A stretch of 64,000 nucleotides of DNA from an uncultured Hormoscilla sp. (GCA_963921275.4 OZ001293.3:3520001-3584000); one strand, 5' to 3'; positions 34,378-44,806 are shown, counted from the first letter of the stretch. Notes: generated from the letters alone by a model not told the origin. Translations and numbers: made by a program.

Positions 34378-35645
34378 CCATTATAGAAGGGCGTTAGCTT
34401 CTCCACTCAATCTTTCCCAGATACATCCTGCCGAATATAAGCAGATGTTGCGCCTTTGGTGGCTGCTCGTGCGATTCGGTCGCTCATGACCCGCAACAGG
34501 TCATGAGCGACCGGTTACATCAACCGGGAACTTTGATGTTCATGGGGGTTAAATTCCTCCCGCCCAGATGCAGGGTTGACACCGGTCGGAGGTGCTGCGG
34601 AGCGATATCACCGTGGTGCTGAGCGAGGACTCAAATGTAGGATAGCTGGTAGCCTAAATCGGTGACTCCGCTAGGAAAGATATCCAAGGTTAGAACAAGC
34701 GAACGTATAAAAACCTCGTTAACCAAAACCAGCGGAATAAGGCTATATACGCTGGTCCCAAAAGGGGAAGCAGTCAGGGCTAGCTTTGGGCAGTGGCTAG
34801 TCATGTATCCGAAAGACTGTCGGGGAATATTACGGACCTAAAGATATCGTAAAATGACATCAAGGAACGAAGTAACCTCTCGTGTGCTGTCTGGTCTCGA
34901 CCGGCTAGACAAGTTAGATATTAAGCGCAAGCCACGGGAGGAGGGATGTCCCAAAAAGCAAATGCCCAGGGTAATGCCTGGGATAACGCCCGGAGCAATC
35001 CCGGTGATGTCCACAAGGACGCTGACGTGGGACGGATATACCAGGATGCTGTTCAGATTAGTAACTCCACATATATTATGAGCCCGATTTGGACCCCTCG
35101 GGGACTGATGGAGGTATGAGTGAAGGTGTAGGTGAAACAGGGTGACTGCCGTCGGACGGCGATATAAACTAGGCGAGAGACCACAGGTTCCTTGACAACC
35201 GCTCGCTGACCTGCACATAGAAGGAGCCAACAAGTAGACAGTAAGGGCCTACGGTGGGTAACCCCTATAAAGCCTATCCATGACAAGGACCTGGTAACCA
35301 GTAGCCGTGTGCGGTGAAAGTCGCAAGCACGGTTTCGCTCTTGGAGGGTTGGGGAGCGATTCCCAGCTCGACCCCGACCAACCTATCGACCGGTGGTTGA
35401 GAGTATGTATCTGGTTTACTTCGTTCCTCTAGATGATTGGTTGTAGTTTTAGGTGGACTCTGTATGCCGGGTTTGTTGTCAGTGCTTATTGGTCGGTAAA
35501 CGAACCGCCAATGACCGTTATCCTTTCCCGTTTTGGGCCAGCGTGTAAGCCTTTCCGCTGGTTGTTAGTGACGACACTTACAAGCCTTTGTTTTACTCAC
35601 CATGACTACTTACTCGACGGTAACCGGTTTAGGCGAGCCTAAACC
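33670..35645 (-). mobile_element. RT-encoding group II intron, truncated at both ends and interrupted by an antisense intron
   Basis: Minus strand AACCAGCGGAAAGGCTTACACGCTGGCCCAAAACGGGAAAG and GGAACGAAGTAAACC match domain I of the other introns; leads into the RT ORF. Confidence 0.85.
34469..35379 (+). mobile_element. ORF-less group II intron, 911 nt, related to 4516-5449
   Basis: GTGCG start; domain V at 35303-35334; near-identical domain VI; EBS1 GGGCAG pairs with CTGCTC, EBS2 ACCAAA pairs with TTTGGT. Confidence 0.93.
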
Positions 35646-35825
35646 ACAAATATAAAAATAATTTTGCACAACTACTTAGGGGGTAAACCTTTAGACTTTC
35701 GGGATATATAATTATCTAGACAATTAATCACTTTTATCGGTTCAAACTCCCCCACTCCCCACTCCCCACTCCCCCACTCAGTTGGATATGTAAAAATAAA
35801 AAACATACCCTTATGCTGTATAGGC

Positions 35826-35866
35826 AAGCATACAGCATACAGCTGACCGCTGTATGCTGTATGCTT
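35826..35866. terminator. Perfect 18-bp hairpin downstream of apcF
   Basis: AAGCATACAGCATACAGC-TGACC-GCTGTATGCTGTATGCTT. Confidence 0.55.
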
Positions 35867-36003
35867 ACACCTAGACTACTACAGCACAAAGAGTAAATCA
35901 ACCCTCCCGGACGGCGGGTCGAAAGCCCGATCTCAAAAGACTTTTTACTCTTTACTTTTAGATTGCTTCAAACCTGGCAACGCTACGCGCTTTTTCCTTC
36001 CGC

Positions 36004-36513
36004 CTAGATGTCCTTTTCGCCGAATTCGCGGGTCATGTGGTCAAAGGGCTGGTCTACAAAATCCGTATTTTCCACCCCAGCGGCTGCTGCTTGTTCTTTG
36101 ACAATCTCTTTCATAATTTTAATTCCCCGCACCGTGGGGCCAATGGGAACTCCCAGGGAGTTGTAGGTTTCCCGCAAACCGAAGAGCACGCGCTCATCCA
36201 GCAAGTCAGAGTCGCCAGCCACTAGGGCATAGCTGGCATAACGCAGATAATAATCCATATCCCGCAGACAGGCTGCATAGCGGCGAGTTGTATAGGAATT
36301 ACCGCCCGGACGAAGCAGTTCTGGCACTTCCTCATACAACCGGGAAGCTGCCTGCTTCACAATGTTCGCTGCGTTACCATTGATTGCTGCCGCTGTCTGC
36401 ACTCGTGCCAGACCGCTATTAAAATAGGCTTTCAGCCGGTCGATCGCATCTCGGTCTAGATACCGACCGGTAACATCATAAGTGGAAATCAAGCTTGTGA
36501 CTGCGTCCTGCAT
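36004..36513 (-). CDS. apcF: Allophycocyanin beta-18 subunit
   Basis: [41 protein letters not shown]; 169 aa; divergent from glnA. Confidence 0.93.
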   Translation of the reverse strand: MQDAVTSLISTYDVTGRYLDRDAIDRLKAYFNSGLARVQTAAAINGNAANIVKQAASRLYEEVPELLRPGGNSYTTRRYAACLRDMDYYLRYASYALVAGDSDLLDERVLFGLRETYNSLGVPIGPTVRGIKIMKEIVKEQAAAAGVENTDFVDQPFDHMTREFGEKDI

Positions 36514-36593
36514 GCAACTGCTCTCCCAAAACTGCATTTTGTGGTGGTTTACTATTTTCCAGCCCGGTTGTTGCCGTCCCTCCGTCACCAGAG

Positions 36594-36812
36594 ATCGAGC
36601 CTGCTTGACTGGGCTGGGAATAACTGTTAATTTTACTACAAAACACATGATCTATTTTGGGCAATTTTCCAGCTTTTGGCTGGTCCGACTCTCATCCGCT
36701 ATCGAGCCTGCTTGACTGGGCTGGGAATAACTGTTGATTTTACTACAAAACATATGATCTATTTTGGGCAATTTTCCAGCTTTTGGCTGGTCCGACTCTC
36801 ATTTGCTATCGA
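36594..36812. repeat. 107-bp tandem duplication upstream of apcF
   Basis: Units start at 36594 and 36701, nearly identical. Confidence 0.95.
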
Positions 36813-36835
36813 CTGTATGGGGTCCGCAACCGCAG

Positions 36836-37096
36836 CTAGCACAACTGACAGGCTGGATACAGAACCTGCTTACAACCGGTCGGTACCAAGCAATCTGTGG
36901 ACTCGGACAGTATGCTCAACTCCTCTGGATATCGCGGTTGCGGGTCATTCCTTAATCAGATGGGCGGTACCATCATCCGACCGTATGCGGCAATGATATC
37001 CACCACACCGGGACGTTGCTTCAACTCCACCCGCTGTCCAGCACAATACTCGATCGCCTCTTGCCTATCCCAATCCACCTGCTTCTCTAAAGCCAT
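36836..37096 (-). pseudogene. Small hypothetical protein with in-frame TGA
   Basis: MALEKQ...GQRVELK..PGVVD..MMVPPI*LRNDPQPRYPEEL; TGA at 36956-36958. Confidence 0.55.
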
Positions 37097-37231
37097 TTTC
37101 CTTCTGCCTTTTCCAAAAAACCGTAGCCGTTAATACTATATTACCAACTTTTGGGCTGCCTAAACAAAAATATGTTAACTTCGCTACAATTTTTAACATT
37201 TGAGCGATGACGCGCAAAAGGCCAAGACTTT

Positions 37232-37273
37232 GTAGTGAAGAATACAAAATCTACCCACTGCTGTCCCTAGGAT
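37232..37273 (+). promoter_or_regulatory. NtcA-activated glnA promoter
   Basis: GTA-GTGAAGAA-TAC (37232-37245), 22-nt spacer, TAGGAT -10 (37268-37273). Confidence 0.9.
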
Positions 37274-37445
37274 GAGGCAGGTATACGGGAGCGGCCAACG
37301 GGGATGGAGGTGGGTGACGGCGTTGACGACTCCTGCTTGTCAGTCAACCCTTCGTCCGTCCAGCACGCACCTGATCGCGTAGCGTAGCGATAGCGTGTAG
37401 CCATGCAGATTATCATGATCTCGCAGAGTAAATAAGGAGTGAAGC

Positions 37446-38867
37446 ATGCCAGAGACGGCGCAAGAAGTCTTGAAGATGATTAAAGACCAAGACATCAAGA
37501 TCGTAGACCTGAAATTTATTGACATGCCAGGGATCTGGCAGCACTGCTCGTTTTATCGGGATCTCATTGACGAGGAGGCATTCACCGACGGCGTAGCCTT
37601 CGATGGTTCTAGCATTCGAGGTTGGAAAGCGATTAACGAATCTGATATGATGATGGTGCCAGACCCGAAAACAGCTTGGATCGACCCCTTCATGGAAGAG
37701 CCAACCCTAAGCATGATCTGTAGCATCAAAGAACCCAGAAGCGGTGAATGGTACAGCCGCGACTCCCGCACTATTGCCCAGAAGGCGCTAGACTACCTAA
37801 TTTCCACTGGTATTGGTGATGTGGCCTTCTTTGGTCCGGAAGCGGAGTTCTTTGTGTTTGAAGATGTCCGCTTTGACCAGACGGAGAACAAAGGGTACTA
37901 CTATGTAGACTCGGTAGAGGGACGGTGGAATTCTGGGAAAGAGGAACCGGGTGGCAACTTGGCCTACAAACCCCGCTACAAAGAAGGTTACTTCCCAGTG
38001 TCGCCGACAGATACCCTGCAAGACATGCGGACGGAAATGCTGCTGACGATGGGACAATGTGGGGTCCCGATCGAAAAGCACCACCACGAGGTAGCCACTG
38101 GCGGGCAGAATGAATTGGGTATTCGCTTTGCGCCTTTGGTGCAGTCTGCTGACAACTTAATGATCTACAAATATGCGATCAAGAATGTTGCCAAGCGCCA
38201 CGGTAAAACTGTTACGTTTATGCCCAAGCCGCTGTTTAACGACAATGGTTCGGGGATGCACACCCACCAGTCCATCTGGAAGGATGGTCAACCTCTATTC
38301 TACGGAGATGGCTATGCCAACTTGTCTCAGTTAGCACTGCACTATATTGGCGGTCTGCTCAAGCACGCACCAGCACTGCTGGCGATCACCAACCCCACCA
38401 CCAATTCTTACAAGCGGTTGGTGCCTGGGTTTGAAGCCCCTGTGAACTTGGCATACTCCCAAGGAAACCGTTCCGCCTCCATCCGCATTCCGCTCACCGG
38501 TACTAACCCGAAGGCGAAGCGGTTAGAGTTCCGCTGTCCTGATGCTACTTGTAACCCCTATCTGGCATTTGCGGCTATGCTATGTGCTGGTTTAGATGGC
38601 ATCAAGAACGAAATCGACCCCGGTGAATCCTTGGATGTGGATATCTATGACCTCTCTCCAGAGGAGTTAGCGAAGGTGCCTTCGACTCCCGGTTCTCTGT
38701 TAGATGCGCTGAAAGCACTGGAAGCGGATCAGGAGTTTCTGACCGCTGGTGGCGTGTTTACAGAAGACTTCATCAGCAACTGGATTGAGTACAAACTGGA
38801 TAACGAAGTGAACCCGATGCGGCTACGTCCCCATCCCTACGAGTTTGCTCTATACTACGATGTCTAG
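37446..38867 (+). CDS. glnA: Type I glutamine synthetase
   Basis: [41 protein letters not shown]. Confidence 0.99.
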   Translation: MPETAQEVLKMIKDQDIKIVDLKFIDMPGIWQHCSFYRDLIDEEAFTDGVAFDGSSIRGWKAINESDMMMVPDPKTAWIDPFMEEPTLSMICSIKEPRSGEWYSRDSRTIAQKALDYLISTGIGDVAFFGPEAEFFVFEDVRFDQTENKGYYYVDSVEGRWNSGKEEPGGNLAYKPRYKEGYFPVSPTDTLQDMRTEMLLTMGQCGVPIEKHHHEVATGGQNELGIRFAPLVQSADNLMIYKYAIKNVAKRHGKTVTFMPKPLFNDNGSGMHTHQSIWKDGQPLFYGDGYANLSQLALHYIGGLLKHAPALLAITNPTTNSYKRLVPGFEAPVNLAYSQGNRSASIRIPLTGTNPKAKRLEFRCPDATCNPYLAFAAMLCAGLDGIKNEIDPGESLDVDIYDLSPEELAKVPSTPGSLLDALKALEADQEFLTAGGVFTEDFISNWIEYKLDNEVNPMRLRPHPYEFALYYDV

Positions 38868-38897
38868 CTCTTGTCAAGTAGTTTGATAACATATAGC

Positions 38898-38925
38898 AGC
38901 CACCCGACGCGGTGGCTGTTTTGCT
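38898..38925 (+). terminator. glnA intrinsic terminator
   Basis: CAGCCAC...GTGGCTG followed by TTTT. Confidence 0.7.
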
Positions 38926-38954
38926 TTCGGATGTTCTTGCTGTTGCGGTTTTTC

Positions 38955-38972
38955 GTTACAATTATTTACAGT
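38955..38972 (+). promoter_or_regulatory. HLR1-like (RpaB) site
   Basis: GTTACAAT-TA-TTTACAGT. Confidence 0.55.
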
Positions 38973-39001
38973 AGTTAAAGATTATTCATATTGCGCTAAC
39001 T

Positions 39002-39539
39002 ATGTCGGACACTTTCACCAAACTGGCCTATGAAACGGTTCAGCAGAGCCAAAGTTATTTTGCTCGAGCGCATAAAACCATTAGTTGGTGATTGCGTTCC
39101 CTGGTGGCTCCACTGGTCGAGCAGAAAACTAAACCGTTGCCGCCGCAGGTGTTATATATCGGAAATTCCCGGGGAATTGCCTCAACTTTTACAGGGGAAT
39201 GCAGAGGAGTTGCCCTATTTGGATAACTACTTCCATGCAGTCACTAGCGTTTTTCTGTTCCACGAACTGCCCGGTGGGGTGCGTCAGCGGGTAATTAATG
39301 AATGCTCTCGGGTGACTCAACCAGGGGGAGTGTTTATTATCTGCGATTCAATTCAACTGCCTGATGCGCCTGAGTTTAAGGTGATGATGGAAAACTTTGC
39401 TGGCATTTTCCACGAACCTTACTACAAAAACTATATTAGTGATGATTTGGTAGGACGCTTAGAGTCGGCAAGCTTAACTAATATTGAGACTCAGGTACAT
39501 TTCATGAGCAAGTATTTGATTGCTCGCAAGCCCGAATGA
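39002..39539 (+). pseudogene. Class I SAM methyltransferase with internal deletion
   Basis: N-terminus MSDTFTKLAYET joined out of frame to C-terminal QGNAEELPY..FLFHELP..PGG; SAM motif I absent. Confidence 0.75.
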
Positions 39540-40378
39540 TGGAACTTTACCCTCATTCCCGGTGGCGTTTAATTCCCCTGGTGCGAGCATCTGGGCGGCT
39601 CCAGATGGCGATCGACAGTTGGTTATTGGAGCAGCACAGGCTGGGTTTACATCCTCCCACTCTGAGGTTTTATACTTGGGAGTCAGCGACAATTTCTCTG
39701 GGTTATCATCAACGCCAATGGCCGGAATTCTGGAATCACTTGACTTGGCAAGGTGTCCAGGTGGAGTTGGTCAGACGCCCTAGTGGGGGCCGGGCGGTGC
39801 TGCATCAGGGCGATTTAACTTATGCTGTGGTAACTTCGGGACTTCCTCCCAGACGCCGGGAAGCCTACGAACAGATTTGTGAGTTTTTGATTGCTGGTTG
39901 GCGATCGCTCGGTTTAGAATTGCATTACGGTTCCGCTGGGCGGGGCTACATCCACAACCCCAGTTGTTTGGCTACGGCGACAGAGGCCGATCTTGTTTCT
40001 GCATGTGGCGGTAAGTTTATTGGTAGCGCCCAACTGCGACGGAGTAAAGCTATTTTACAACATGGTTCGATGCCCTTAGAACCCGATCGGGGTTTGTTTG
40101 CTAGGGTATTCGAGACTGAAGCCCCTGCTTCCGTGCAGCTACCGACAGGCGATCGGGGAGATGCCTTAATTGAAATTGTAGTGGAAGCTTTAACTGATGC
40201 TGCTAGTCGTTGTTTCGGTGTCGAGTTTATCAGACAAGCATTATCAGAGTCCGAGTGGCAGGCTATTAGGCAGATGTCTTCTCTCCTCAGAGTCGGCTGT
40301 CCGGCGCGTTCCCACCCGCAGCATGGGAACCAGATTACCGGTTCCACCCGTGGCCGCCAAATAGCCTCCATCAGCTAA
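39536..40378 (+). CDS. Lipoate-protein ligase A / octanoyltransferase family
   Basis: QMAIDSWLL, RRPSGGRAVLHQGDLTY, KFIGSAQ, LQHGS. Confidence 0.9.
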   Translation: MMELYPHSRWRLIPLVRASGRLQMAIDSWLLEQHRLGLHPPTLRFYTWESATISLGYHQRQWPEFWNHLTWQGVQVELVRRPSGGRAVLHQGDLTYAVVTSGLPPRRREAYEQICEFLIAGWRSLGLELHYGSAGRGYIHNPSCLATATEADLVSACGGKFIGSAQLRRSKAILQHGSMPLEPDRGLFARVFETEAPASVQLPTGDRGDALIEIVVEALTDAASRCFGVEFIRQALSESEWQAIRQMSSLLRVGCPARSHPQHGNQITGSTRGRQIASIS

Positions 40379-40388
40379 TTGGCCCGAA

Positions 40389-40480
40389 GTTTTCCCAAAA
40401 GCAGCACTAGGTTTTAGGAAAAGCAGCACTAGGTTTTCCCAAAGCAGCCCTAGGTTTTGGGAAAAGCAGCACTAGGTTTT
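40389..40480. repeat. Four tandem 21-22 bp repeats
   Basis: GTTTTnnnAAA(A)GCAGCACTAG x4. Confidence 0.9.
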
Positions 40481-40577
40481 ATGGAACAGCGCCTGGTGGC
40501 GGCCACTTAACTGCTCTGAAGCGGAAGGCACCCTCTACACAAGGGATAGCGCGATTTTACCCTCATCATGACTAATA

Positions 40578-40860
40578 TCATGTCCGGATGATTAACCATA
40601 ATAAAAAAGATCTCTTGCGTTTGTTGGGTAGAGCTAAGCGCGAAACCCAACAGGGCTTACTTTCGATGTCTCCCGGACGCACGGCGAAAACCTTCGATAC
40701 CTCTGGGATGCACGGCAAAACCGATGCCTTCGGGATGCTTCGCAAAAACCCCGAAGGCATCGCCCAGAGGTATCGGGGAGACATCGCGGTTGGGTTTCGT
40801 GCTCCAGACCCAACCTACGGGTGATGAAATTTTTATCTTTTGGCTATATATCGGACATGA
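40578..40860. mobile_element. MITE with internal REP-like arms and nested hairpin elements
   Basis: TCATGTCCG...CGGACATGA flanked by TA; CGAAACCCAAC / GTTGGGTTTCG arms; inverted partial copy at 41396-41610. Confidence 0.8.
40664..40786. repeat. Three nested CGAT...ATCG hairpin micro-elements
   Basis: Perfect arm pairs 40664-74/40776-86, 40695-707/40763-75, 40722-34/40750-62. Confidence 0.9.
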
Positions 40861-40862
40861 TA

Positions 40863-41211
40863 TCACGTGACTCTGCAATCAAGTCACGTGACTCTGCAAT
40901 TGAGTCAACGTGACTCTGCAATTAGTCACGTGACTCTACAATAGGTTTGCGTAACTCTACAATAGATTTACGTGACTCTGCAATAGGTTTACGTGACTCT
41001 GCAATAGGTTGCGCGACTTGGCAATAGGTTCGCGCTACTTTGACATAGAGTCAAGTGACTTTGACATAGAGTCACTTGACGAAGCTCTAGATTCATGTGA
41101 ATTTGCTCTAGAAAAATATGACAGTGTTTCTAGATAAATGTGATAGTGTCTCTAGATTCATGTGAATTGCTTGTCGGTCATATGTGATTGAGAGCGGTAT
41201 TCATGTGATGC
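40863..41211. repeat. Degenerate ~21-bp tandem array, about 16-17 units
   Basis: TCACGTGACTCTGCAATnnnn drifting to TCATGTGA...TCTAGAT. Confidence 0.85.
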
Positions 41212-41430
41212 TAGCCCTTAATCCCTATTAAACTACGAACTACAAACCGCGTAGCGTTGCTACGAAATACATTAGAGAGCACATCATTCATGTGAATAAT
41301 GGGAGAATGGGAGCGTTAGGGTCTTGTCAGCCTCACTCTTTGCCACCTCACTCCATAACTCACATTAACAAACTTGAGGTAAAAAACCTATCATATCATG
41401 TCCGATCTATAGCCAAAAGATAAAAATTTC

Positions 41431-41551
41431 GGCGTTGCACATTTTAGAGATGATGCCCTTTTTTGCACAGGCTACGCTACTGAAAATGGCTTGTAGTCTA
41501 AGTTTGAGAGTTCTGCAACTATCTCCATCATCCCGTCCGAAGTGCAACGCC
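41431..41551. mobile_element. 121-bp MITE (IS1-like ends) inside the second MITE copy
   Basis: GGCGTTGCAC...GTGCAACGCC; flanks AAAATTTC/AAAATTTT; single ends also near 23479, 28298, 56901. Confidence 0.75.
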
Positions 41552-42118
41552 AAAATTTTATCCCTTCGGCTGCGCATCTGTAGGTTGGGTCTGGAGCACG
41601 AAACCCAACCCCGCGGAATAATGTAGCGATACGGCTAGAAAAAGCTAATGTTAGCCGAAGTGGTAGTTTTATTGCTAATTTACTGATTTAAAATCGTAGC
41701 TATCGCTCTTTCAGATTTCTGCCTCTATTCGTCAAAGTGATTAATTCTGAGGGTGAAAGTGTCCCAGTAAAAATATATTTTGAAACTGAAGGTGATGGGA
41801 TAGTTCAACCAGGCGATCTGCTAGCCGCTAAGTTATTCGTCTTTGGACAACCCTAGCGTAATGCTGCTAGTCAGAACCTGACGTTAATTATCACAGAAGG
41901 AAACCGGTGGCGGTCGCCTGTTCCGAATTCCATTCTGAAGTTGATGGTTCGTTGATAAATTTCTCCCAGCGTCTACTAATAGATTGCTGGGAGAATAGCA
42001 TAAAAATCCAGTTAAGTATGCTAGCAATGATTTTTTTCTCTTCGTGAAATGCTATGCTAAATTGTCATCAAAAGAATCCCAAACCCAGGTTTCGCCTGAA
42101 TTTGGGGTTTTCGTCGAT

Positions 42119-43316
42119 GGGTGCATCTCCTTCGCTAAGTACAAATACTGAGATTTCAGAGAGAGGCTTTGAGGATAATCTATAAAAGTACTCCTCATCC
42201 TGGTAGAAGTCATGAACCCAGAAATCCAAGCCCAAATTGAAGCCCATGCTCAAGCCCGGAAGCGGCCCGACTCCATGAACAAGCTTTGGCTACCGTACCG
42301 GAGCAACTCACCACTCTTGAAGGAATCGAAGCCACGGTCCGCTCACTTGTTCTCCAATATGTCAGCCCTGAAATCGCCCTTTTTTGATCGCCAAGGAGAG
42401 CGGGACAAGCGCAGGACACTTTAGCACCGTCAAGAGCATTGTAGGGGAACTGAAGCTCACCAGTCAGCAAGCACAGTATTTTGAGGTCAAAGCCTATAGT
42501 CAGTGGAGTCCTTACCTAAAGAAATGTTGCCTAGAGTTGAGTGGGAACTCATCTGATGAACAATCGGCAAGGCAAATCAAGTTACTGACGGGGATGAAAG
42601 TCGAATCGAGGGACACAGCAGCGACTGGTGCAGCGTGATGAATTTCCCGAAGGGCAAGCGTCACACCCCGTGCAGGCATTAACTGTGGATGGAGGGAAAG
42701 TGCGGTTACGGACCGAACTGGGAGAACTCTGCCAGTGGCGAGACTACAAAGCCGTGAACTTGGATGGGGAGTGGGTAGGGGCATATTTCCGAGATCGCGA
42801 AGGACTGGTGGACTTTGTCAACCAACAAGCGCTTCTTTGTACCAGTTTTCACCCTAGGGAGATGGTCACTCTGGGCATTGGGAATATCCTGGGGAAAATC
42901 TCTAACCGAGTAGAAATACTCGATTGGTATCACTTAATGGAGAACTTAGAGAAAGTCGGCGGCTCCCAGCAGCGATTGGACCGGGTGAAGGAACTCCTGT
43001 GGAAAGGCCAGGTGAAGGAAGCCTTGAGAAAGTTTGAAGATTGGGAGCATGAGCGAGTAGACAGGTTGAAGGGCTATGTGGAGAAGCATCAGCATCGCAT
43101 CGTCAACTACGGGTACTATCAGGCTGAGGAGATTCCCATAGGATCAGGGCAAGTCGAATCAACAGTAGGCCGAGGGGCAAGGGTGAAGTTATCTGGAGCA
43201 CAGTGGAAGGAGGAGAATGTCCCCCAGGTGTTACGACATCGTTGTGCTTGCTTGAACGGAGTCTTTACAGCACTCACTATGAGTAATAATACTTACCTAA
43301 CTACTGGGATGCACCC
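42119..43316 (+). mobile_element. ISKra4-family IS, frameshifted
   Basis: TIRs GGGTGCATC / GATGCACCC; 8-bp TSD TCGTCGAT; VDGGKVRLR, ILDWYHL, IGSGQVES. Confidence 0.92.
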
Positions 43317-44537
43317 TCGTCGATCGCGATCGACGAAAACGCGAGGCTCAGCAGTGTCGGAACCTTCATTGACAGCATCTGCTGGGTTGCCAACTGGTAC
43401 AGGTGGTGGTTGTGATGCAAGGATAAAGTCTTCAATTTCAGGAGATTCGATGTTAGCGTCAAACGCTTCAATTTTATCTTCTGTCTCTACCCCCGAATAT
43501 ATGTATCTCTGTCCTGCTACAAGTGTAAATTCATCAGGATTTTTAGCCGTTCTTACAGTTGCAGATCCAGCTAGAACCTCGACAGTAATACCCGCCCCAG
43601 TGTCAAGGGTTCGAGCCATAAGTCGCTCGTTCTTAGGTGGCACAACAAGTACATCAACAAGTACATCATTAGCTCCCAAGATATGAAGTCCACAAAAGGT
43701 TGCTCCTTCGCCTTCAGCCTGCTTCCACAGTTGAACGACTTGTTCTTTGAGTTTTGAACCAGTGCCCTTGACAGTAAAGACCTGGTTATCAGCACATACT
43801 ACAGATGCAGTTAAATCTGGATTTCTAGTCCGCCACCTGTCCAACGTCACAGTCGTGCATTCACCATTAGAGGTTTCTTTTAGACATTGCTGGAGTGGTT
43901 CCCAACAGGGATTTCCCGATGATTTCATTGCTATCCAGCCACGACCTGAGTTTGCTAAAACAACACAGTGATATTGAATCCTGGGATCATAAGCCTGAGC
44001 ATTCAGTATTTCTTTAAGTCCTTGAAAACTGTAGAAATGATTTGGGCTTGGCCGTTCAGACTCCAGGTTCAAACCTTTCTGTACTCGAAGACCTTGAAGG
44101 CAGGCACGCTCTCCAGGTTGATTAGCCCACTCCATGATGAAGTCTCCTTCGAGCGTGCAGGGGAAGTAGTAAAGTGTTGTGCGTTTGTTATGCCTGATAG
44201 CTCGCACGAATAGTCCCAAGTCCTTGTCAAACTTTGCATAAAAACGTAAATCAGCAGAGGAACGTCCGCTACCAGGTACGTTTAATGTGTCGATATGGCG
44301 TTTCAGGACAGAAGTTCTCTCCGCAGGTCGATATTGAGATCCAGTACGAATACTGAGTTCAGAAAGACCGGTAACTTGGGCAATTTTGGCAGCTAAAGGG
44401 ATCTCTGCATAGCTACCAGTGCTAGTAACCAAGCTGTAGAAGGGGGCTAGGAGGATGGCGATGGCGCGCACCAATCGCTTAGAATTATAGTTTCTCTGTG
44501 CAGTATGCTGTCGTTTAGTCTCTAACATCTTCATCAA
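43293..44537 (-). CDS. Secreted Cys-containing hypothetical protein; native C-terminus displaced by ISKra4
   Basis: Signal peptide-like start; after removing the IS it continues DRRKPQIQAKPGFGILLMTI-stop. Confidence 0.6.
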   Translation of the reverse strand: MMKMLETKRQHTAQRNYNSKRLVRAIAILLAPFYSLVTSTGSYAEIPLAAKIAQVTGLSELSIRTGSQYRPAERTSVLKRHIDTLNVPGSGRSSADLRFYAKFDKDLGLFVRAIRHNKRTTLYYFPCTLEGDFIMEWANQPGERACLQGLRVQKGLNLESERPSPNHFYSFQGLKEILNAQAYDPRIQYHCVVLANSGRGWIAMKSSGNPCWEPLQQCLKETSNGECTTVTLDRWRTRNPDLTASVVCADNQVFTVKGTGSKLKEQVVQLWKQAEGEGATFCGLHILGANDVLVDVLVVPPKNERLMARTLDTGAGITVEVLAGSATVRTAKNPDEFTLVAGQRYIYSGVETEDKIEAFDANIESPEIEDFILASQPPPVPVGNPADAVNEGSDTAEPRVFVDRDRRGCIPVVR

Positions 44538-44806
44538 TTCCTCGTCTCAATTTCAAGTTGTAGATTGCTATTCAAAAGACTGACAATTATCATCATATTA
44601 GGTTATCATGGCATTTTTTAGGCAAAACATTTTTATTCACAAAAATTGAGTTAGTCTAAAACTCAATTTGAGGGTCTACGATGCCGATTTTGGAACCGGA
44701 ACTACCTGACATTGTTTGCTCAAGCGTCTCTCTATGAGATAAATAGAAGAACGAACAGATAACTTGACTATAAGGGTATGTCCTCCCAATTCACGACAGT
44801 TAGGCA

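Noticed and set aside
36514..36648. N-terminal extension of ApcF (also long starts for psaA, trpF, lysC, psaK)
   Set aside because: Family N-termini, and RBS where visible, point to the downstream ATGs.
36956..36958. Selenocysteine TGA
   Set aside because: Context suggests a Trp codon mutated to stop; no SECIS evidence.
40863..41211. CRISPR array
   Set aside because: Units are contiguous, with no unique spacers and no cas genes in the window.
42628..43686. 352-aa transposase fusion
   Set aside because: Read-through past the IS end at 43316 into the antisense strand of the neighbouring gene.
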